Below are positions 1-6,946 of a DNA stretch of 64,000 nucleotides, in pieces. Position numbers and translations under genes: made by a program. The notes below the pieces were generated by a model, which worked only from the letters and a program-made list of their open reading frames with translations, searched no databases and was not told the origin of the DNA. The stretch lies in the NCBI GenBank assembly GCA_963707025.1, contig CAVPOM010000017.1, positions 64,001 to 128,000 on the forward strand. The letters are read 5' to 3'. The DNA is from an uncultured Verrucomicrobiae bacterium (GTDB taxonomy: Bacteria > Verrucomicrobiota > Verrucomicrobiia > Limisphaerales > Palsa-1400). Numbering within the stretch: position 1 is the stretch's first letter; every line of letters begins with the position of its first letter.

Positions 1-111
1 CGGCCAATCCAGCCCAATCCTCATCGGGGAAATTTTGGGATGCGGATTGAAATAATGATGTATAATGGGAAGGAAAAGCGCTACCATCAAACCAACGGCT
101 CGAATTGTAAT

Positions 112-330
112 ATGACAGCAATCGCCAAGAAGATTGAAGAAGAGATCCAGCATCTGCCATTGGAGGACATGCTGGCTCTCCATGAGCATCTCATCATGTC
201 CATCCATGAACGCGAAGAAGCCCGGAGTCTTGATCCGGCTTTCAGGAACGACATTCAGCGGCGCATAGACGAAATTGATTCCGGTAAAGTTCAAGGCGTG
301 GATGCGCTGGAGGCACTCAAAAAGATGTAA
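112..330 (+). CDS. Addiction-module antitoxin component (TIGR02574-like)
   Basis: MTAIAKKIEEEIQHLPLEDMLALHEHL...DIQRRIDEIDSGKVQGVDALEAL pattern; abuts a RelE/ParE-type gene. Confidence 0.75.
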   Translation: MTAIAKKIEEEIQHLPLEDMLALHEHLIMSIHEREEARSLDPAFRNDIQRRIDEIDSGKVQGVDALEALKKM

Positions 331-575
331 ATGCCGCGCCCAGGCAAACCAGTTCAACTGCACCCGGAAGCGCGAGCCGAGTTGCAGGAATCGGTCAATT
401 TTTACCGGAACCGCGGCGGTGAACACAGGGTGGAGCGGTTCAAACAGCGAGTGGCGGACGGCCTGAATATCATCGCGTCCCAACCGGAAGGCCATCCGCC
501 CGAACCGGGTTTGGTGGGTGTCCAGAGACTGCGGCTCAAGCAATTCCCTTTTTCGGTAGTGGGCTACTTTGAAAT

Positions 576-974
576 TCAGCCATGAAGGCCACATTTGCAA
601 ACCGGGCATATTCGCACGTCTTTTCCCGCCAGCGGGTTTTTGCATTGGGGGCAGACATATTTGACGGCCAGTTTACTGCCCCAATAAATCAATCCCAAAC
701 CAAGGAATATCGGAACAATGAGCCAAAACCCAAAAATAATCACCAGAACGCCTACGCCTTGAATCAGGCACCCGCCCCCGGCCATTTCGATCTTTTTTTC
801 GATTTGATATTCCGGGGCGGTTTGTGGCGTGAAATTTGGCGGGGATTGAGCCTCATCGGCCCACAAGAGGATGTTTTGGCCGCAATGCGGGCATGGTGAT
901 TCCTGCCCTTTTGCCTCACTTGGAAACTCAATCCAACCACCACAACCCCCGCACTTCATTTTTAGGTAATCCAT
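576..974 (-). CDS. Zinc-ribbon membrane protein (IS passenger)
   Basis: CxxC pairs at both ends (CGGC/CPHC; CPQC/CPVC) flanking a hydrophobic two-helix stretch. Confidence 0.7.
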   Translation of the reverse strand: MDYLKMKCGGCGGWIEFPSEAKGQESPCPHCGQNILLWADEAQSPPNFTPQTAPEYQIEKKIEMAGGGCLIQGVGVLVIIFGFWLIVPIFLGLGLIYWGSKLAVKYVCPQCKNPLAGKDVRICPVCKCGLHG

Positions 975-1136
975 ATTAGCATGGTTGACATCGGGCGTTT
1001 TGTGAGATGAAAACCCCTAAACCCTTAATGTCTTTGCACTTAAAAAAAGGAAAAACGGTGCTTGTGATTTGCAACAAACGAACCGCCTCAGTTTCCCTTT
1101 CTGAAAGAATGGTTATTGCCTTCATTTGTGGTTTGG

Positions 1137-1328
1137 CTAGTTCCGTATCAAAGTCAGTATCTTTACGACCTTCCGTTTCGGCAGCCCGGTTTGGAGCTTG
1201 GTATCTCGCAGGGCGATTAAAACCTGCTGATATGCCTCGGCATAACTCAATTGGCGGTAAGCCTTAATATGGAAGGTGATATTGTTTTCGTCGTCTTCAA
1301 AAATAGTCAATATAGGCGGCTCAATCAT
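1137..1328 (-). CDS. Small hypothetical protein coupled to transposase stop
   Basis: ATGA overlap with the transposase stop; 63 aa MIEPPILTIFEDDENN... Confidence 0.55.
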   Translation of the reverse strand: MIEPPILTIFEDDENNITFHIKAYRQLSYAEAYQQVLIALRDTKLQTGLPKRKVVKILTLIRN

Positions 1329-2158
1329 GTGCCAATTAAAGCCACAACCTCTTCCAAAGTCCAGACGTGATCGGTCAAACCGGCTTCCATTGCCGGGGTG
1401 ACGCGCAAGGTTGTGTGAATCCGGCAAAAATTGTAGTGCATGAAGTGGATTGCGGCATGGTGCTTGTGGTTTTCGAGCTTTTTTGAAAAAGCATTCGTAA
1501 GCCGGGTGAACCGCCGATTGCCCATGCGGACGCTCAAGTTTTGCCGTTCAATGTGGCTAGTGGAAACCAAACGGCTGTCTGGATTGCCGCTAATGCGGTT
1601 TTTCCGTGCCCCGATGCAAACGGGCGGGGAATAACGGACTTCTGTGGCCGGGCCGTGTTCGTTGCCGTATAGTTTTACGAGTTGCGCGTAGTCAATCTCA
1701 GAGCCAAAGGCATCCTCCACGGCTTGCACGTAGCATTTCAGCCCGTCTGAGGTCAATTGGACGCGGCTGGCGAGCCTTCCCGCAAGGTCATTGATAAACG
1801 TGTAAGCATCTGTGGCATCCCGCTTCCCGCAATGGAAGCACGGAATCAGCTTTGTGTCGGAATCCATCGCAATCCAAGTCCATGTGTCGCCAAGCCCCTC
1901 CGCGCCTTTCAAATGTTCCGGCACATTGGCTTGCTTGCATCGCGTAAAGCTCCAAAGCTCGTCAACCTGCAAAACCTTGCACGGCAGGCTCCGCATGATT
2001 TTGTCCATGAAAGCGGCACAGGCCGTGCCAGCGGAAACCAGCATTCTTTCCACGGTCTTTTTGGCCGCCCCGGTCAGGCGGGTTGTGGAGCGCATGGAGC
2101 ATCCCTCCACCAGGCAATTGAGGATTTGAGCGCGTTTATCGGTTGCGAGTATATTCAT
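1325..2158 (-). CDS. IS1-family DDE transposase
   Basis: N-terminal HTH (LVEGCSMRSTTRLTG), QVDELWSF, QLTSDG, STSHIERQNLSVRMGNRRFTRLTNAFSKK. Confidence 0.92.
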   Translation of the reverse strand: MNILATDKRAQILNCLVEGCSMRSTTRLTGAAKKTVERMLVSAGTACAAFMDKIMRSLPCKVLQVDELWSFTRCKQANVPEHLKGAEGLGDTWTWIAMDSDTKLIPCFHCGKRDATDAYTFINDLAGRLASRVQLTSDGLKCYVQAVEDAFGSEIDYAQLVKLYGNEHGPATEVRYSPPVCIGARKNRISGNPDSRLVSTSHIERQNLSVRMGNRRFTRLTNAFSKKLENHKHHAAIHFMHYNFCRIHTTLRVTPAMEAGLTDHVWTLEEVVALIGT

Positions 2159-2178
2159 ATTTTTCTTTCGTTGGATTT

Positions 2179-2207
2179 ACCATACGTGAACCGCTTTACG
2201 TATGCAA
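2179..2207 (-). promoter_or_regulatory. Sigma70-like promoter of transposase with palindromic operator in the spacer
   Basis: TTGCAT-N17-TATGGT on minus strand, 20 nt upstream of ATG; overlapped by CATACGTGAA-CCGC-TTTACGTATG. Confidence 0.6.
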
Positions 2208-2285
2208 CTGGTTTATTTGAGTTTATCTTCACCATTTTAATCGTGTTGGCACGGCTTATGCGACAACCGCTTTACATATTCACGC

Positions 2286-2313
2286 TTGACATTATGCGAA
2301 AAGCGGTTATCGT
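2286..2313 (+). promoter_or_regulatory. Sigma70-like promoter of divergent small ORF with operator copy
   Basis: TTGACA-N16-TATCGT ending 7 nt before ATG 2321. Confidence 0.55.
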
Positions 2314-2320
2314 GGAGCGT

Positions 2321-2533
2321 ATGAATAGAACAGCCCAAAAATTAGGGCGCATGGCACGCGGCGTTAAAAAGACACTGACGCCAGCCCAACGCCAGGCCGC
2401 CGCTGAACGCGCACGCGGCCTTGCCGCAATACGATGGCGCGGTCATGTCAAAAATACTACCAGAAAAACCTTGCATTCTCACATCCGGCGTGGCAAGATT
2501 GCGCCAGTAAATGGTGGAACCAGTGGGAGTTGA
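2321..2533 (+). CDS. Small basic putative DNA-binding protein (IS passenger)
   Basis: MNRTAQKLGRMARGVKKTLTPAQRQAAAERARGLAAIRW; own promoter; Arg/Lys-rich helical motif. Confidence 0.6.
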   Translation: MNRTAQKLGRMARGVKKTLTPAQRQAAAERARGLAAIRWRGHVKNTTRKTLHSHIRRGKIAPVNGGTSGS

Positions 2534-2607
2534 ACCCTCACTGCTCACACAGTGCCCCTCGCGGTCTAAACCCGCATTACGGCATCCGGCCAACGGGGAC
2601 TGGCCCC
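2512..2607 (-). ncRNA. tRNA-like RNA with 9/3 acceptor/T-stem fold (allo-tRNA-like), G3:U70, A73, encoded CCA
   Basis: GGGGCCAGU pairs with ACUGGUUCC followed by ACCA; T arm GGG-UUCAACU-CCC; D arm CCG-UUGGC-CGG; variable arm with GUGA tetraloop. Confidence 0.75.
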
Positions 2608-3000
2608 ACTATGTTACGCCTACGGCGGTCAGGTTGCCTTACGAGCATTATCACCTGACCGCCGTTGCCCTATGTCTGGCGGTCACGTACGGCGTTTTGA
2701 TTTACGTGAGCGCTATCGTTTTAGTTTCATAATCACAAAAAGAAAACCGCCTCAGTTCCAACTCGAAAAACCCAGGCGGGGCATTTTGGAACCAAAGCGG
2801 TTTCTAGATCAGTTCGCCTGCAAACGGTTTCGAGGCCGTGGGTTTTGACACCCAAAATCAAAGAACAAATTCACCTACACCCGTCGTTTATCAGCGGAGG
2901 CGGGGCAGTCAAGGGTTTTTTATTAAAAACCGAGAGCATCATAAACCGCACCTGGATTTGTGCAAGCACTTATTTTCGTAACATATTGATGTAACAGGTG

Positions 3001-3519
3001 TTACGTATGCTTGATGAGTCTTTTTTTGTGCTTGGTGAGTCCCGTTTGGATGCTTGGTGAGGGCGATTTTATGCTTGGTGAGTGTTTGTTGATGCTAGAT
3101 GAGAATTTTTTGGGTGTTTTTCCCTCTTTTGAAATTTTCTTCAAAACTGGTTTTTTGGTGTGTTTCCACCGTGCTGCCGCCGCAATCTTTGCCCTTCTAT
3201 GGCGTCTGAGTCGTGACCACTGAAAGAATATCCACTCCATATTAAGATATTCATCATTGGTAAACCCGTGTTCGCTGTAATGCTTTACGATTGTTTCCGC
3301 TGTCCAATTTCCATCCCTAAACTTTGGGTTTGTCATCTCTATGATTGCCTCGTGAGGTGGAAGTGTTGGAGGAGTTAAAAGGCGCTGCTTCCACCAGGGA
3401 AGAAAATCCAGAAAGAATTTCATCCGTCGTTTGAGTGTGCGAGCACTTCCGATCTGACCGCCCACAATTCGCCTCAGAAATTCATTGAGGCTCACCGGGA
3501 AGATCAAAGGCTTAGGCAC
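3001..3519 (-). CDS. Hypothetical protein with AKIAAAARW motif; 3' end contains a direct-repeat array
   Basis: 172-aa ORF in low-GC cargo; basic low-complexity tail. Confidence 0.55.
   Translation of the reverse strand: MPKPLIFPVSLNEFLRRIVGGQIGSARTLKRRMKFFLDFLPWWKQRLLTPPTLPPHEAIIEMTNPKFRDGNWTAETIVKHYSEHGFTNDEYLNMEWIFFQWSRLRRHRRAKIAAAARWKHTKKPVLKKISKEGKTPKKFSSSINKHSPSIKSPSPSIQTGLTKHKKRLIKHT
3008..3103. repeat. Five 11-bp direct repeats TGCTTGGTGAG at 21-22 bp period (iteron-like)
   Basis: Copies start at 3008, 3029, 3051, 3072, 3093; three exact, two variant. Confidence 0.85.
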
Positions 3520-3562
3520 TCCGAAATAAAGCCCAAATCCCGCCCATGAAGAAAGCCCGAAA

Positions 3563-3697
3563 TTACCGCTTTTTCTTGGGTTTTTTGACGGGCGGGGCGA
3601 TAATTGGCTGGTTGCTCAGGGCGATCACGTCCTGCATGATGGAGTGCATCCGCATGTTGGCGTCTGCCGGGCGACGTTTTTTGGCTTGTTTCGTCAT
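3563..3697 (-). CDS. 44-aa basic peptide near the IS end (below ORF-track cutoff)
   Basis: MTKQAKKRRPADANMRMHSIMQDVIALSNQPIIAPPVKKPKKKR*; TGGTAAGCT extended -10-like box just upstream. Confidence 0.5.
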   Translation of the reverse strand: MTKQAKKRRPADANMRMHSIMQDVIALSNQPIIAPPVKKPKKKR

Positions 3698-4252
3698 GCC
3701 GCCAGCTTACCATGCCAGGGCGGGCGGGCGAAAAGAAAATTCAAAGTAGCCCACTACCCCTTTTTCCCTTATCTTTGTCAACCGAACTGAGTATGTTTGG
3801 GTGGTGGCCGTCGCTCATGGAAGCCAGGCGTCCGGGCTATTGGAAAAATCGAATTGCGGAAGTCGGCCCATGACACAGCGGCCAACGGCACCTTTGGAGT
3901 GAGTCGCCTTTGACGGCGCTAAAACATCCGCCCATAGATGGCATCTTCCGGATTATTCCAGAATTCGAAGGCCGGTTCTGCCAACCGGGACCAGGCCAAA
4001 TCGTCCAGCGAGATCTTCAGATGCCGCGGGAGAATTCGGAGCAACTCCACCTGCTCTTTCACATCCAGTGAGGTGGACCCCATCCTTTAGACCACGGAGC
4101 GCGGAGAATAAGATAGACTCTGGAGGTCCGCTGTCATTTGTATTTTTGTTTGTCTGTTGTTCATTCCGCGCTTCCAAACCCTTTCGAAAGAGAGAACGAG
4201 CCGCGCCTGGCACCGCCCGTCCTCCCTCTCCGTTTTCTTAGGGTTTCCAACC

Positions 4253-5158
4253 TTACCGCCGCAGGCGGTCTGATTTCAAGTTTTTCCGGCCGGCCGAGCC
4301 CTCCTTGGGCTGCATCGCTTCCCATCGGGCCGGTTGGGCTCCGTAGGCCCCGGGATCAGAATACACGGCCGCGGGCGTCGCATAGTGCAAAGCCGCGTGC
4401 GGACGCAACCGGTTGTAATCCTCAAACCAGCGCGCCAGCCCGCGCCCGGCCTCGATCCCGTCCAGGTAATCTTGCAGATATATGTCCTCATGCTTGACGC
4501 TCCGCCACAACCGCTCGATAAACCGGTTGTCCATCCACCGCCCCCGGCCATCCATGCTCACGTCCACCCCCGCCGATTCCACCGCGTCAATATACAGCGG
4601 CGAAGTGAACTGCGACCCCTGGTCGGTGTTGGCGATCAGCGGGGCCTTCCGCCCGCTCTGCAGCGCCGCTTCCCAGGCGTCCACGCAGAAGGCGCTCTCC
4701 AACGTGTTGCTCAAGCGCCACGCCAGCACATACCGGCTCCACCAATCCATCACCGCCACCAGATACATAAACCCCTGTGCCATCGGCACATAGGTGATGT
4801 CCGCGCACCAAGCCTGATCGGGCCCGGTGATCTCCAACTCGCCCAACAGATACGGATAGATCTGATGGCCCGGCCCCGGCAGGCTGGTCCGGGGTTTGCG
4901 GTAGATGGCCTCGATGCCCATGACCCGCAACAGCCGCACCACCCGCTTGCGATTGACTTCCCAGCCCTCCCGGCCCAACAGCACCCGCAACTTGCGGCTG
5001 CCATAGACCGGATGGTCCAAGTGCAACTGGTCCAAACGCCGCATCAGCGCCAGATTCTCCGGCGTCTCGGGGCACGGTTGGTAATAGTAACTGCTCCGGC
5101 ATAAATCCAGCAGGTCGCACTGATGCCGCACGCTCACCTGCGCATCCGGGCCGACCAA
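4253..5158 (-). CDS. IS3 transposase OrfB (integrase-core DDE); OrfAB probably made by -1 frameshift
   Basis: WCADITY, NTDQGSQFTS, DNRFIERLWRSVKHE; A9 slippery run at 5194-5202. Confidence 0.92.
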   Translation of the reverse strand: MVGPDAQVSVRHQCDLLDLCRSSYYYQPCPETPENLALMRRLDQLHLDHPVYGSRKLRVLLGREGWEVNRKRVVRLLRVMGIEAIYRKPRTSLPGPGHQIYPYLLGELEITGPDQAWCADITYVPMAQGFMYLVAVMDWWSRYVLAWRLSNTLESAFCVDAWEAALQSGRKAPLIANTDQGSQFTSPLYIDAVESAGVDVSMDGRGRWMDNRFIERLWRSVKHEDIYLQDYLDGIEAGRGLARWFEDYNRLRPHAALHYATPAAVYSDPGAYGAQPARWEAMQPKEGSAGRKNLKSDRLRR

Positions 5159-5172
5159 CTCCGCCAGGCTCT

Positions 5173-5463
5173 TTAAAGGCCCAGTTGTTTGGATTTTTTT
5201 TTCAGCCAGTCCAGGTCCACCGTCAACTGCCCGATCTTCTGGTGCAATTGCCCGATCAACTCCTCCTGGTCTGCGCTGCCCGCATGCCCCGCCTCAAACA
5301 GGTCGGGCAACCGGTCGCGAATCGTCGCTTTCCATTGCGTGACCTGGGTCGGATGCACCGCGTACTCTCGCGCCAGCTGCGCGACCGTCTTAAGCCCCAC
5401 CAGGGCTTCGAATCCCACTTTGGCCTTGAAGGCCGCACTGTGCCGCTTCCGTTTTGTTTTCAT
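5173..5463 (-). CDS. IS3 transposase OrfA (HTH)
   Basis: RKRHSAAFKAKV...VHPTQVTQWK...IGQLTVDLDWLKKKS. Confidence 0.92.
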   Translation of the reverse strand: MKTKRKRHSAAFKAKVGFEALVGLKTVAQLAREYAVHPTQVTQWKATIRDRLPDLFEAGHAGSADQEELIGQLHQKIGQLTVDLDWLKKKSKQLGL

Positions 5464-5743
5464 CAGTCTGCTTTCTCTCATTTCCAGCAGACCAACAAAA
5501 GTCTATCTTCTTCAGCAGTGGTCTAGTTTTTGGGGACCCCCTCACAGTTTATCAATGGCCGCGCTGATTTCGACGACAGTGCTCATACCGAAACGTTATC
5601 GCTCACTGAGAGTAAAAGCAAGCCGCCAAACCGCTCTCCGCACGAAGTTTAAATCATAACGACGCGCTTCGTTTCCGCTCGCGCCTCCAAAAAAAACTGG
5701 CGCAGCCCGCCCTCTTCACCCAACATCCCTGCGTTCGACTGGC

Positions 5744-5986
5744 ATGAAAGCAAAAATTATTGTCACTCCCAAAAAGGCCGTGCTCGACCCGCAAGGCAAA
5801 ACCGTGGCCAACGCCCTGGAACAAATGGGCTACAAGGGCCTGGGCGCCGTCCACGTCGGCAAATACCTCGAAATCGAGCTGCCCGCCGGCGACCGGGAAT
5901 CCTGGCGCCGGCAGCTCGACGAGGCCTGCCATAGAATCCTTAGCAACCCCGTCATCGAGGATTATCAACTGGAAATCGAGCCATGA
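5744..5986 (+). CDS. purS: Phosphoribosylformylglycinamidine synthase subunit PurS
   Basis: VLDPQGK...GKYLEI...LSNPVIEDY. Confidence 0.96.
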   Translation: MKAKIIVTPKKAVLDPQGKTVANALEQMGYKGLGAVHVGKYLEIELPAGDRESWRRQLDEACHRILSNPVIEDYQLEIEP

Positions 5987-6693
5987 ATTTCGCCGTCCTG
6001 CAATTCCCCGCCTCCAACTGCGACCAGGACGCCCTCCATGTCCTCCAGAACGTGCTCGGCCATTCCGCCCGGCTGCTCTGGCACAAGGACCATTCCCTGG
6101 CCGGCTGCGACGGCGTGATCATTCCCGGCGGCTTCAGCTACGGCGATTATTTGCGCACCGGGGCGATTGCCCGTTTCAGCCCCATCATGCAGGCCGTGCA
6201 GGCCTTTGCCGCGCAAGGCGGCCCGGTGCTGGGCATCTGCAACGGCTTTCAAATCCTGTGCGAAGCCGGCCTCCTGCCCGGCGCCTTGATCCGCAACCGC
6301 TCCCTCCAATTCCGTTGCGAGCACATTTTCCTGAAAACCGCCGCGCACGACAGTCCCTTCACCGGCAAAATTCCCGAAGGCAAACTGCTGCGCATTCCCA
6401 TTGCCCACGGCGAAGGCTGTTATTTCGCCGACGACGCCACCCTGGAGAAACTCAAGGCCGGCCGTCAAATCCTCTGGCAATACGTCAACGCCGCCGGTGA
6501 ACTCACCGACCAGTCCAATCCCAACGGTTCCCTGCGCAACATCGCCGGCATCTGCAACCCCGCGCGCAACGTGGCCGGCCTCATGCCCCACCCCGAACGC
6601 GCCAGCGAACCGCTCCTGGGCAGCGCCGACGGCCTATTGATTTTCGACAGCCTGGTCTCCTGGCTCCAAGCCAAACTCGCCCAAGCGGCGTGA
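5983..6693 (+). CDS. purQ: FGAM synthase glutaminase subunit PurQ
   Basis: PGGFSYGDYLRTG, GICNGFQIL, MPHPER. Confidence 0.97.
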   Translation: MNFAVLQFPASNCDQDALHVLQNVLGHSARLLWHKDHSLAGCDGVIIPGGFSYGDYLRTGAIARFSPIMQAVQAFAAQGGPVLGICNGFQILCEAGLLPGALIRNRSLQFRCEHIFLKTAAHDSPFTGKIPEGKLLRIPIAHGEGCYFADDATLEKLKAGRQILWQYVNAAGELTDQSNPNGSLRNIAGICNPARNVAGLMPHPERASEPLLGSADGLLIFDSLVSWLQAKLAQAA

Positions 6694-6720
6694 TAAAAGC
6701 CTGTGAAAATCGACAAGAAT

Positions 6721-6933
6721 ATGCGTTATACAATCCTCCTTGAACACGGGCCGAAAAACTTCAGCGCCTATGCGCCGGATTTCGCCGGCTGTGTCGCTGC
6801 CGCGGCCACGGAACAGGAAACCCTGGCGCTGATGAAAGAAGCCTTGGAAATGCACATCGAAGACATGCGTGAACGGGGCGAACCCATCCCGAAGCCTGGC
6901 GCCATGCGAGAAATCGAGATTGCCGCAAAGTAG
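6721..6933 (+). CDS. hicB: HicB-like antitoxin (orphan copy)
   Basis: FSAYAPDFAGCVAAAATEQETLALMKEALEMHIE; near-identical to 8188-8397. Confidence 0.85.
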   Translation: MRYTILLEHGPKNFSAYAPDFAGCVAAAATEQETLALMKEALEMHIEDMRERGEPIPKPGAMREIEIAAK

Positions 6934-6946
6934 GACCGCCCCGCAA

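Larger units (their letters stand above)
555..3758 (-). mobile_element. IS1-family transposable element with passenger genes
   Basis: Perfect 19-bp terminal IRs GGTAGTGGGCTACTTTGAA (555-573 / 3740-3758); 8-bp TSD CCTTTTTC (547-554 / 3759-3766); IS1-like transposase; lower GC than host genes. Confidence 0.93.
331..3873 (+). pseudogene. RelE/ParE-family toxin split by IS1-family element (N-part 331-554, C-part 3767-3873)
   Basis: HPEARAELQESVNFY...RLKQFPFS continues in frame after the element as LIFVNRTEYVWVVAVAHGS; an extra C near 3824 precedes RRPGYWKNRIAEVGP*. Confidence 0.85.
4069..5544 (-). mobile_element. IS3-family insertion sequence (1476 bp)
   Basis: Imperfect 27-bp IRs TGAGGTGGACCCCATCCTTTAGACCAC / TGAGGGGGTCCCCAAAAACTAGACCAC; TG..CA ends; 3-bp TSD CAG (4066-4068 / 5545-5547). 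Confidence 0.93.
3919..5586 (-). pseudogene. Small antitoxin-like gene interrupted by IS3-family element
   Basis: Removing the IS restores MSTVVEISAAIDKLDVKEQVELLRILPRHLKISLDDLAWSRLAEPAFEFWNNPEDAIYGRMF*. Confidence 0.7.

Noticed and set aside
976..1125. 49-aa minus-strand ORF MKAITILSERETEAVRLL...
   Set aside because: Only a faint LuxR-like start, with no full HTH or other support.
2512..2545. tRNA/tmRNA 3'-end fragment as an integrase att site
   Set aside because: A matching 5' acceptor strand, D arm and variable arm are all present, and no integrase is nearby; a complete tRNA-like gene fits better.
1081..2757. 13-bp direct repeat AACCGCCTCAGTT at 1081 and 2745
   Set aside because: A single 13-mer match in 3.2 kb is compatible with chance; no further support.
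3008..3103. CRISPR array
   Set aside because: Repeats of 11 bp and spacers of 10-11 bp are far too short; no cas genes.
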